A stretch of DNA of 63,953 nucleotides, the filler included, from Dirinaria sp. TL-2023a (Eukaryota), in assembly GCA_051941275.1 (NCBI GenBank). It is 6 parts of 6 records of this genome, joined end to end, with 100 filler letters (N's around TTAATTAATTAA, not from the genome) between each part and the next. Parts side by side here need not be neighbours in the genome. Positions count along the whole stretch, not along the records: positions 1 to 10,592 come from JAVEBF010000921.1; positions 10,693 to 21,280 come from JAVEBF010000922.1; 4 more parts are not named here. One strand, given 5' to 3'. The notes beneath the pieces are model-generated. The model searched no databases. It was not told the origin of the DNA and saw nothing but the letters and a program-made list of their open reading frames with translations. The translations under genes and the position numbers were made by a program. Shown piece after piece: positions 1-11,318 of this stretch; positions within the stretch are counted from its first letter, which is position 1; every line of letters begins with the position of its first letter.

Positions 1-4
1 AAAG

Positions 5-36
<32 letters not shown>

Positions 37-2910
37 CTACTGTAAAGTATCGCTCGAATTTTAATTTTAGAGTACATCTCCACAGATGGGGCATCTGAGT
101 TCGTGTTCGTCGCAGGATACTGTTCCTTTCGAAGTATATTCAGGTAGGTGCTCTCTGGAGCGATCTTCAGGCGTATTTTGTTATAGAGAGAGAAATCGTT
201 TGATCTATGAGGGTTTTCCTTTATGAGTTTAAAATACCGCGGTACTCGAGTATGTACGAGAGCATGGTTGTCTAGCTCACCATGAGCTGGATTTCGAGGC
301 GGAATTTGGCATTTATCTTCTGTCGAGTCTCGAAGCTCTTGTTCAGTACCGCAATTGAAGATCTATTTAGACAGTGTTCATTGTAGTTGCCCAGTGGATT
401 TGCTTGAATTTCCGTCTGAGACCGATTTTGATCCGAGGTCATTGTTCGAGACTCTATTGAAGTAGATACGCCTTTTAATACTGTCATTTAAAGCACATTT
501 AGACGTTCTTCATTGTACTTTCCTTTCGCTTTCGCTTAGCTGTCTGTCTGACACCTATTCTGGATTAATACCATTTTCGGAGTATCTGCGTCGAGGTAGC
601 TGCGCTTTTTAATGCTGTCATTAAAAGCATGTCTCTACACTCTTCGTTATAGTTCCCCCGGGACTTTGCCTGACTATCTGTCAAACAGCGGTTCATAGTC
701 GATGCCAGTATCCAAGCTTCCTCATTGTGGCCCGCAAGTTAGAGGTAAGCTCCTGCCGTTCCTGAGAATTCTTATCCACAGTTTGGAGTAAGGGATATAG
801 CTTGTGCCGGTCATCGAGGTTTGCAGGTAGTCTAAATGCGATGATGCTGCTAAAAATAGAGCTCTGTCTAGAGTAAGAACTCACTGGATCATTGAAGGAG
901 TGGAGAAGGAGCGGCTCGGAGCGTAGTTTTGGTTAAAGAAACACAAAAGTAACGTCCGCCTAAGTTTTCCATTTGATTTCTTGGCCAAGGTTTATGGAGA
1001 ATATTCACCGGGACGATTTACTCAATTTGAAGTCGAGCTTCAATCGATACAGCTTCGATAGTAAACTCGGTTGTCACCAGCACAAGCTCACTTCGCCGGG
1101 GTTGGCGTCCGTCAAGTCCAATCCACTGGGGCCAATAGAGCAATAGTACATCAACGATTAGAAGATTCTCGTCATGTAATTGATATGAATCCCCTTCGTT
1201 CTTTCGCGTGACTAATAATTTCCTCCTTGGTGTGGCTTCCATGGTGCTTCACGACCATGGTAGCTAGCATGGTGACTCTTTGCTAAGTGACATCGCAAGC
1301 CGAACAACCTTTGATCCTCGCCAGGGATTCAGCAATAGCTAGAAACTTGCCTCTGACGTAATAATTTGAACATCCTGTTTAGATGAAGCTGGCTACAAAT
1401 ACGCAGCGAGTAAGACTTATGACCTATGAGATTGGTAATATCAGTCAGTAGATCCACCATGGCAGATGTGAGCTCGATAAAGCGCTTTAGTCTCCGGTAT
1501 TGTGGTATGGCTGATCTTTAGGTTGCCTTGTATTGAATTGAAAGGCATGCTATGCTTGACTCTTACAATTATCGAGTCGTAGAAAGAAAACATGAGTTTA
1601 TTTCCGGTGCGAGAGCAGTTGTCACAGTGTCATCCCATCCAACAGTCGAAGGTAAACAAAAGAGAAGAATATATGTGGAAAGCAGAGGATGGCCGTTCAT
1701 CATTATAGAGTATAGTAATAATTAGAAGTATGATATGCCGTTGAATGATTGAAGCGTCGGTAGCCTGAAAAGAAACTAACATATGATACGACGAGGAACA
1801 GTGAATACTCAGGGTTGAGCAACTAGAAAAAGAAGAAGCTTTGTGACCGGACAAGATTTTTGAACATGCGGCCAAGCGACGCGCTAAATTCGAAGCAGAA
1901 GCAAAAGATATTGAGAAATGTTAATTGCGCTTCGCTGAAGCTGGTGAAGACTTTAAAGTTCGACAAGGGTACTTTTATCTGTGGTCAATCAATGAGTTGA
2001 GTTTCGTAAAGGATGGTAGCTTGAGCTTCTCTCATGGACGAAAGGCCACAGTGAATGCGAAGTAAAGATCAATGGCTGTCTTGAATCAAGTTGCACAGGG
2101 CATCGCTTCAGCCCAAGTGAAGAGATTATCAATGCCCATGATCCTCAAAGATCGTCCGTAAGGAGTAGGCAGACAAAACGAGTAGATGTCAGAGTAGGCA
2201 ATTCATTGCCGTGAGTTCTCCTAAAGTTGGCGACGATATTGAGAAGGTGAGAAGTTGAGTCGTATTACCAGTACATTTGCAGTCGTGGTGTAGAAGCCCA
2301 TTCAACTTCCCACTGAAAAAGTTGTTGCTTTTTATTGAAGCACAGAGCACCGTGTTTATACGGGCTCACCACAAGATCTCTAGCCGTTAGCTTCCTTTTT
2401 CAGTATTCTACAGCCACTTTGCGATATCCAATCAATGCAACGTGCCATGATGATTCCTCTAGATGCATTATAGATGTATTCGAATCTCGAAAGGACTCTT
2501 TTGCAGATGCAAAACCTCTCAAGATGAACATTATCCGAAGGTAGGTTTGGGATAAGTGAATTACTTGCCCAAAGCTTGATCGCATTCTGGATCCACGTGC
2601 CATGGGGTCTTTGCGAGGAATTCGCTAGACCGATAGCGGCTGAGAGATATTTGGCGTTGCTACAGCTGTCATGCTTATAGTCCCCATATTGAGCACGGAT
2701 AATATGCAGCTTTTAACTAGCAAGTACCTTTTTGCGTTCGAGGAGCAAAACCGGCCCGGAGCGTCTATTGCCGCTAGCGACTCAACTCTTGCGCTGTGTT
2801 CGCGGTTGGCTATTCCTATGTCCAGAGCAATCTCAGTTCCACGATCGCAATTCTTTCGCTTTTCGAGGCGAGCTTTCTAGTCTCCCTGTTTGAATAGACC
2901 TACGGCCTTT

Positions 2911-5024
2911 TCAGACTCCGATCTCTGCGTGGATTGAATTAATGAAGCGACATCGGTCAATCACTTTCTCCCATGCCAGGGCTTGTTCTAGCTTCGATAG
3001 TCGGACATGAGCAGACTGGTTAATTATTCTTGCGGCACCACTTCCATATGGGCCGCCAAAGACGTACAAATTCAACTCTTCCGGGTACTCGCTATTCAGT
3101 GTTTGACCGGCTTGTCCTGCATATGCATCAGGCCATTGAGTGGGGACTCGGCCGTGAGAGAACGAAGGATCTCCCGTATGAGCGAACGCTGCGGCACTTC
3201 CGCTCAGCAACGAAGAAAGAGCTTCCTGGGCTAAGCTGTTGTCGCCCCCAAACGTTACGTTTTCATTCATGAAATAAGGGATATCGGATAGATGGCTAAC
3301 GCGCCATTGAGGAACACCCATCTCATGGAATATTGGCTCGAACTTGGTCTGATTCATATCGTAGAGACGGACGCTTGAGCCTCCGTGTCGCGTGTATTGC
3401 CATGTGAAATCTATGACCGGACATGTAAACCATATGTCGCGATTCATTTGCGCTGCCCTGTAGTATTGTGCCGTAGCGTCTTGGCCTGGGCGGACCAGAT
3501 GGGTGAAGTCGGACTCCGGGTACAGAGCGAGAAGACTCCGTATCGAAGACTGTGAGAGACCAAGGACGAATGTACCGAAACTTGCAACTACGGAAGCGTC
3601 GTCTGTGATAGTTGGCTGGGCATACCAGGCGCCATCGTTGGTCACCCAGGAGCCTATGATGGGTATGCCTGAAAATGGTAAGATTCACAGTCTTTGCACT
3701 GGGTTGGAACAATAAACCTTTTACGAAACTGCCCTGCCGCAGTAGCAAAGACGGCCGGGTGGCAATATAGTCACCGTCGTAGCTAGGATAGAAGGCAAGC
3801 TCGCCAAAAGGTGGTCTTATTCTCCGGGAAAGCTCTACAGATGTGTTCATCAATTTTTCAAGCGGGACGCTTCGCAGACAGGCCAGCCCCGCCTCTGGAG
3901 CCGAATGATTTAGCGTACAGCCAACAGAGTTGGCAACTGTGGCGGTATTGTTCGCCACGAGGCCACTCATTGTATTGAAGTTGGTCCCAGAAGCTCCTGA
4001 CATCATCCTATGCGTCTGTCAGCTTCAGCTTCTTGTAGTCAGTATCTCTCTTACATCGCTTTTTGGAATGGGACTCCGCGTTTGCCTGAATAGGAAACGA
4101 GGTGTAAAGCGATTGAGGCAGCTCCGACGCTTTGACCCACGGCAACAACATTATCTGGGTCACCACCAAAAGCTGCAATATTGTCGTGAACCCCTATTCA
4201 ATGTATTAAGCTTAGCAAGACATATCTTGACAAACCCATATCAACTCACATTCAAACGCTGCGCGCTGGTCTCTTAGTCCAACGTTGCCTTGCGTTGTAT
4301 ACTCTAGAGCTCTCATGTTGGCGAAACCGAATACTGTGTTTCGTGTTAATCCGCGAGGATCATCTCTTAGGATTTGGACAATTACGTACTGCCCAATCGA
4401 TAATTGATCCCCACATAGATTACAGGCTGGCCGTTCAAATTGGCTTGATGCAAAAGGCCGTCCGGAGTATAGAGTTGATCTGCAGCGCTTCCTAGCGCAT
4501 CTCCACCTGGACGTCTTTAGTACCTGAAATGTCGGTCTTGGGTGATGGCTCTGCGCACCACCATGTATCCACACTAATACCGGCAACCTCGCTGATTGTT
4601 GTGTGCCAGATATTCGAGCAATCCTCAGGCTGAGGCAATTTTCACTCACATTGGTAATGGGACTTGTGAAAGGCAGTGGAGGTCCTCCCGTCGCTTGCGG
4701 ACACCAGGCGCCAGGCGTCGTAGCATCGACGACGGTGCCTGGTTCGGGTAGGTATGGGACTGGAGGAGCGAAGCGATTCTGGCCCGACGTATCCTCTGCG
4801 TAGAAAATATTATGGAATTGATCAATGCCATTTTCCGTGACTCCGTGATATGACACCTGGTTTTGCGCGTTCTTCACAATTGGAAGTGAGCCGTTCAATA
4901 TGCCGGACAGAGGACCGAAAAGAGGGATATAGCTGCGATTCACTCTCATAGCTATGAGAACAACCAGCGCAGCGAGAAAGGTGAAAGCCCAAGCGTAACG
5001 GCCTGGGCTTAGGTGAGAAGCCAT
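2911..5024 (-). CDS. Type-B carboxylesterase/lipase (COesterase family), multi-exon, N-terminal hydrophobic anchor/signal
   Basis: Exons give RFAPP, SENCLSL, PVLVWIHGG, NVGLRDQRAAFE and WVHDNIAAFGGDPDNVVAVGQSVG (nucleophile elbow GxSxG near 4120-4140), plus VSHLSDIPY (catalytic His region). Split over ORFs 4212-5024, 3323-4006 and 2911-3645 by introns. Confidence 0.9.
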
Positions 5025-6063
5025 CCCTTAAGAGACCAGGAAATTAGGAATAGAGCAAATTATTGGAACCTCAAACACTCAAGCGACAAGCTTTTGGCGA
5101 CACATGGCAATGGGCGAATAAAGGGCGAATCCAGTCGGTACCTTGGGAGTTGTGGATGGTTTTATGGGCTAGGATATTCTCAGATCCTCCGACTGGATCC
5201 ACCCGCTGGGGCAATGGCTGACTGGGTTTCATTGCGACCACTCAGCCTCCAGTATCAGGGGCGTTTCGGCGGGTTGATGCTGTGGCCCGCGTGCGATCGT
5301 GCATAATTACGGTTATTTACGGCGGTAATTTTCATTAGTGTGGGCTGTGCATGCACAATTGCTTCCTTTCGCATATTGTACGCGTAACCTGTATTCCGTA
5401 CTTCGTACTAGTAGTACCCCGTACCAAAGGAGAATTCCATTCCATGCTCTTGGTCGGCAACTCTTCAAAACATTTCACTGCCTTCTCCTCAATGTTTTGC
5501 ATGCGCACAACGATAATATCGCTCAGGGGTTCGAGTATGAGCTTGGATTCGTAAAATGGCTCTCCTCTACATACATACGGAGCTGCATGAACTCAGTACG
5601 AGGCAAAGCTACGCTGAAGCGTAGCCTGTACACTTCCATAGTATACTAGCATTAACCTATCATAACCATCTTCATGTTCATCCCTATCATCATCCCCATC
5701 ATCATCCACATGCGCCGCTATTTCTCCTTTCTCAGCGTCCAGCCAAGATTTACAGCGAGCAAAGAGCCCAATCATCACGAGCTTATCGACTGCGTGTAGG
5801 ATGCCTCGAACCCATGTTCCCACTCACTGCTGGTGCACTAGACCATTGAGGTATCATGAGAGATGTTGCTCTGTACGAGAATGCCATGTTCCGTCGGTGA
5901 CTGTAAGTGGGGGTACAGATTTTGGGACATGGTCGAGATGGTCGTTTCGATGCTAGGGTCGAAACGTTTCGCCTGAGGGTAAGGTGGCTTCGCATGCCTA
6001 AGAATCTGAATCAGCACAAGTGCCTTGATGGTCGTTGCAAGACAAATAGATGGTCTGGCCGAC

Positions 6064-7424
6064 TCACAATTCTTTGAAACTTGAGGAGCTATCACTGTCG
6101 GAATAAGGTAACCGGTGTTTTTTGTTCGCTCGCAGCCAGCTGAAATTCAGCAGTCTCTTTTGACTTTCGAAGGATTTAAGGCTGCGAGGAATTTTGGTGG
6201 CAATGGGAAGCAACGTCGGCAGACATGCGCACAGCAGAGCCACGTTCAATTCAATCAGGCTCCACAATAGGAAGATCGTAAAGTCCTCTAAACCGCGTCA
6301 TCAGTGAATGGCCCTCATAACTACCTTATCTACTTACGAATGAAGTCGGGGTTCGATTCTTTCTCTGTTGGGAAAATAGTCAGCGCTAAGAACTTATGAC
6401 GTTCGAAGCACACGAGCGTACCGTAAGACGTAACTAGGTACGCAACCATGCGCGCAATGCCAGCACCGATAGCACTTTGATCAAATCAGCATAAAGGTCA
6501 TCGGTATAGAGGATAATGGTACTGACAAGAAACCAACGAGGAACATAGCACTGATTGCAAGCTTCCTTCGAACACTCATTTGGAGCGACCAGATCTAGAA
6601 GTAATCAGCATGGAGTGCGTCCAGAAGGTCTCAATCGGCACGTACCATCGGCATCGGCATAGCAATGATTAAGATATCAGTGATGATATCAGTCGCAGTG
6701 AACACGGTCAGCATGTTCAGCGTATTTGAACATTGCGTCAAGAAGATTCCGATGGGCGCCCAATTAAGGCTCCAGTCCAATCCACACTGGAATACTGTTG
6801 CGAAAAAGAAAGCCGTGCTCCATGCAATCGTAACGCCAATCATGACCCAGCTAATGATGTTGAAGGTCTGAACATGGCCAAAGATTCGACGCCACAGGAA
6901 TAGGATCGACAATTTGATCAATCCGAAAGCAATCTTTTCCGTGGTTTGGAAGCCGTACTTGTACTGCGTGCCCAGGTTGTAAGACACCATGGCCACAAAG
7001 ATTTACACAATACGTACCTTCTCAGCCTGATGCTCTGTTTCTGTCGAGATGGGCCAGTCATTGACGACGGGCGAGTGGCCAGTGATGACATGCTGCGCGC
7101 AACCTATCACAGCTTCAATCAGTCACTGGGAAAATGAACAGGTTTTCAATCACGTACCAGCCAGAAACATCATGTTAAGGGCAATGACAAAGACCTTGGC
7201 AAGGCATATGGTTAGTCGCTGCATGCATGTAGGACTGCGGCACTCTTGAAGATTCCACGTACCAAAGAAGCAGCAGCTAACCAGTCGTCCGCCTGAAACT
7301 GTAGGCCTTTAAATCTGCGGGCACAGAAACGTAGAACCACGGCGGTCGACGAGGTGATGGAAAAGATGATACACATCGCGATGAGACCACCGCGATCATC
7401 AACTTTCGCGAAGGAGTAACCCAT
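6064..7424 (-). CDS. PTH11-like / fungal rhodopsin-domain integral membrane protein, multi-exon
   Basis: Exons encode VVLRFCARR..ADDWL, GLIKLSILFLWRRIF, TDIITDILIIAMPMP and WSLIELNVALLCACLPTL, which are hallmark motifs of this family. The 3' end is approximate. Confidence 0.85.
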
Positions 7425-9138
7425 GATGTGCTATTGTCTAGAGCTTTACAACATCGATATAGATAGAACTGTTTTGGACGGAATAATCATGAATTTCCAC
7501 ATTGGAGATTTGGAAAATACAATGAAATGCGAACAGCAGCTTGAGAATAAGGCAACTTATTTCAATCGGTACCTTATGAATCACTAGCTTGCGAGAGCCA
7601 GGTACTACAGCTATGTCCTTGACAGGCATGTTGGCCCCCATCAAGCACGTGGAACTACCAAAAGAGCATGGATCATCATGATCTTCGCCAAACTGTCAGA
7701 GAACATCCCAACAGCGCGGCCAATGTGGTGAACATTGCCAGAGAAAGAGGAAGGCCTAGGTAATGTCCCTGGAATGGCTGTTTTTGCAATCGAATCACTT
7801 TTGAGCGCCTTAATTGTGAATGCCGCTACTGAACTTGTGTTACGGTGGACGGGAAACACAGAGACCAAATATTTCGCGTGTGCCCCAACGAGAACGAAGA
7901 ATTATGTTTCAGCTTTACGCATTGTGACGGAATCCGCTTGTACTGTAGGACGATGTCGCGGTAGAAGAGGACGGATAAAACAGGGTTAAACTACGGCGTT
8001 ACGGGAGTCCCTGAGAGGCTGGAAATTAGTTCTGCCCGCTGCCGTTATCCGGGCCGGTCCTGAGACCGCAAGGGCCGAGCGGACAGCGCCATTAAAAGCC
8101 TATAGAGGCCACAGTACACTCCAGCCCCCTTGTTATGAGGAATATTCGCAATAACACTCTGCAAAGCATGCCGCTTCAAGCCTTCCAATGAACCAGCAGC
8201 TCAACTTTTCGTCTACTGAATCCATTCTGATTCCGAAGACGGTACGGCGCGCTGAGTGCAGCGTTCCTACCCCTTTAATGACCGACCGACCGACCAACCG
8301 ACCGACCGATTCCCGCAGTTGGTCGGTCTTGTGTTCTTATTCTTGTGCGATGTAGCCAAAAGTGATGATATTTACAGTGGCTCGTCTCCCTTTCTTTTCT
8401 ATTTAATTACACTCCTTGCTCCGAAAAACAGTATCAATACCGAGCGAGGAGTGTCTGGATAGGCTACATACGGAGATCTAGTAAAAGGCTTCATCCGCCG
8501 AGCACCTTCCTGAAAAGGCATCTCTTCCGCCCCCAGTCTTCTGATGTGCAGCAACCTTGATCTCTAGCTGCTTGCCGGATCGAGGATTTGTTTATTTATA
8601 TGCGCCACCAATCGAAGATGTGCGCTTGCTCGCGATACAGTGCACAAATCTCTGATCCTCCAACATGGCGAATGCAGACGATACAAAAATGAAGTCAACG
8701 TATGCCCGATGACGTGCGTGATAAGGTATTTACACAGTCGTGATACATGCATCCTTTTCGCAAGAGCTCGGGATCGGCAGTGACACTGCCCCATGTTCAG
8801 AGGATGGCTGGTTACAATTGAGCCACGCTTGCGTGTGGACATGACGTCTTTCATCCTGCCGAAAGAGGAGGATGATATGTACGAAGCTGCGCAGCCGCAC
8901 AGCGAGATGCACGTCACAGGGGTTGTAGTTGTTGGAGGATGGAAGTCAAATAATGCGTAGATCAATCGACAATCGTTTGATGTCTCGCATGGGCGCAAGA
9001 ACCATATTGATTCGAGAGAATTCGAATGACCCTTTCTGCCCTGTACCTGGGGGAAGACTGAAACCCCACAGCAAACCTAGCACGAGTTTGTGGTAAAACG
9101 ATGTTATGCTGATAAAGATATTACGCAATAATACAACA

Positions 9139-9993
9139 ATGGAAAAAGAAAGGCTGTTGGAGAATGACGAAGACCCCACGCCGACTGAAAACGTCAAGGT
9201 AGAAAGACGACAGTCTACTCGCTCTCATATCACTCCATTCAGACTATCTGCATTTCTCTTCCTCTGCTCTCTCTGCCTCAATGGCGCTTTGGCTTGGAAA
9301 CTGTTTCGCTCGCGGAATAATAAACCTCCAGAAATCTCCCAACATGGTAAATCCCCCTTACCCATCCAAATCCACAAAACCCCCCCCAGCAACAAATCCA
9401 ACTCATACTTAAAAAAAAAAAAAAAAACAGCCTCCCTAACCCGCACCCTCCCCCAACCCTACTACGCCGAAACCCCCTTTGGCGGGAACCCGAACACGAC
9501 ACTCGAAGCATCGCTATGGTACTCCATAGACATCGACAGCGGCGTGATCAGCCTGCCCGACAGCTACACCACCTCGCACTCCCTCCAGCCCGCGCAACGC
9601 TTCCCCTGGGACCGCACACGCGGGATCTACATCGTGCACGGGTACCACAACCTGCACTGCCTGAAAATCATCTACATCGCCATGCACGAGTGGCGGACGG
9701 GGCGGGCTCAGAGCCGGAAATGGAGACACATCAGCCACTGCTTCGATGCGCTGCGGAGGCAGGTGCTGTGCGATGCGGACGACACGCCAAGGGCGGTGCG
9801 GAAGGGATTCGAGGGGGTGAGTGGGATCGGGCAGGAGAGGGTGTGTAGGGATTGGGGACGGTTGGAGGAGTGGGCGAGGGGGAATACGGCGTGCTATAAA
9901 AGGCCGGAACCGCCGGTGGAAGGGATGCGGAATATTGAGAAGTATAGCCATTGTCCTGAGGGCGCGGGGTATGTGGTTCCCGATGATTTGTGA
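9139..9993 (+). CDS. DUF3328/UstYa-family oxidase (dikaritin RiPP tailoring enzyme type)
   Basis: N-terminal single TM helix (FLFLCSLCLNGALAW), motifs HGYHNLHCLK and HISHCFDALRRQVLCDADDTP, then GQERVCRDW. A probable 84-nt in-frame intron at 9347-9430 (GTAAAT...AAACAG) removes the poly-Lys artefact. Confidence 0.93.
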   Translation: MEKERLLENDEDPTPTENVKVERRQSTRSHITPFRLSAFLFLCSLCLNGALAWKLFRSRNNKPPEISQHGKSPLPIQIHKTPPSNKSNSYLKKKKKTASLTRTLPQPYYAETPFGGNPNTTLEASLWYSIDIDSGVISLPDSYTTSHSLQPAQRFPWDRTRGIYIVHGYHNLHCLKIIYIAMHEWRTGRAQSRKWRHISHCFDALRRQVLCDADDTPRAVRKGFEGVSGIGQERVCRDWGRLEEWARGNTACYKRPEPPVEGMRNIEKYSHCPEGAGYVVPDDL

Positions 9994-10199
9994 TGGTTTT
10001 TTTAAATGATGGGCGATGAATTGAAAGGTTTTTGTTTTTTGAGGTTTCGATGTGTGGATGACAATAGAGAAGCGTGTAATATACCAACATGTGTTGTATA
10101 GCATCTATATGTCCTAATATTACATTCGATGCCACATCTTAATAGAACATCCCCCAGAAAAAAACATCAAAATTAAAATCCTCCTTCCTGACGAAAGAA

Positions 10200-10592
10200 T
10201 CAAAAGCCATCAGCAACATCAACGCCCTCGCCTTCCCTCCTCACCACCCTCTTGAACCCATCAGCCACATCCACGCCCTCACCATCTCTCCTCCTGAACC
10301 CGTCCGCAACATCAACGCCCTCCTCTCCTCTCCTGACCACCCTCTTAAACCCATCCGCTACATCTACTCCTTCATCATCTCTCCTCCTGAACCCGTCCGC
10401 AACGTCAACGCCTTCTCCCTCCCGCTTTATTTTAAACCCATCAGCCACATCCACGCCTTCGCCTTCCCGCTTGAATTTAAAGCCGTCCGCGACATCTACC
10501 CCTTCCCCTTCCCGCTTGAACTTGAAACCGTCCGCGACATCCACGCCTTCGGTGTCGCGTGGGATGGGGGATGTTCGGATCATGGGGTTTAC
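10200..10592 (-). CDS. Kex2-processed repeat precursor peptide (putative RiPP precursor), 8 x EGVDVADGF; 5' end probably truncated by contig end
   Basis: Frame is open to the gap (..VNPMIRTSPIPR). Eight identical EGVDVADGF units are separated by KFKR/KIKR/RRR/KRVVRR, with a stop directly after the last Phe. Nucleotide differences between cores are synonymous in this frame. Adjacent to the DUF3328 gene. Confidence 0.88.
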   Translation of the reverse strand, partial: VNPMIRTSPIPRDTEGVDVADGFKFKREGEGVDVADGFKFKREGEGVDVADGFKIKREGEGVDVADGFRRRDDEGVDVADGFKRVVRRGEEGVDVADGFRRRDGEGVDVADGFKRVVRREGEGVDVADGF

Positions 10593-10692
10593 NNNNNNNN
10601 NNNNNNNNNNNNNNNNNNNNNNNNNNNNNNNNNNNNTTAATTAATTAANNNNNNNNNNNNNNNNNNNNNNNNNNNNNNNNNNNNNNNNNNNN
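10593..10692. other. Artificial contig linker (N + TTAATTAATTAA + N)
   Basis: 100 nt with a six-frame stop motif, identical to four other linkers. Confidence 0.98.
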
Positions 10693-11318
10693 GCTCTGGT
10701 CGTCGGGGCTGACTGCACACTAAAGCTCGAGGCATACGTTAACTGCCAGGCCTACAAGCCCCATGTAAGTGGTTCTCGTTGGCTATAGATACAGTACCTT
10801 TTGCTTCCCTTTGTAACATGGCAGACAGGAAGACACTTCACGTCTTCGCTTTCCTGCCTGCATTGGTGCTGCAGCGGGTTTCGACGTAATGAGTCGTGCA
10901 GAGCAGAGCCTTACTTGTATCTCTTTCAAGGCCATCTTATATTACTGAAAAGGTCTACTGCTTTAATCTTTTTACATCTATGATAACTTACACCGCCAAC
11001 ACGAGCAAGGTTGATAGCGTATTGTACTACAACCACAAACCGAGCGTAAGGTGCTTGCTGCCCTCAGCTGCGCCAGTCACCTTGTTCGGCTTCGGCTACC
11101 AGAAATGAATCATGTCTTACATACCTACAGTACCTTAAGCTGCTGTCCCTCTGCACAACGATCCATCCGTCGGCCACAAGGTTGTGACTGCGTATAAAAG
11201 CAAGTACCTTAAAAGCGGCTACTGCCACTGGCACCTCCACCATCAAGATTATTGGGCTGCTTGTGACTTCAGTCACAAGACCTTTCTCAAATTCTGGAGC
11301 GCGATCAGTCTCGTCACA

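Noticed and set aside
40..2300. Possible degenerate gene or transposon remnant (stop-interrupted frame near 1870-2160)
   Set aside because: No recognisable motif, so no call can be supported without a search.
8280..8328. (ACCG)n tract with a short complementary GGTCGGTC arm upstream of the oxidase
   Set aside because: Consistent with a simple microsatellite; no evidence of function.
9411..9430. Poly-Lys tract in the oxidase ORF
   Set aside because: Falls in a probable in-frame intron (9347-9430) ending in a poly-A run and CAG.
10200..10560. Repeat-spacer pattern resembling a CRISPR array
   Set aside because: Eukaryotic context, codon-structured variation, very short spacers and no cas genes.
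10252..10592. Plus-strand ORF of NPSATSTPS repeats (mucin-like)
   Set aside because: Antisense shadow of the precursor. It varies N/K where the minus frame keeps an invariant Gly, and only the minus frame has dibasic sites and a stop exactly after the last core.
10200..10592. Repeat protein as an alpha-factor-like pheromone precursor
   Set aside because: No XA/XP dipeptide spacers and no Trp/Cys-containing pheromone-type core. The adjacent DUF3328 gene favours a RiPP, though a signalling role is not excluded.
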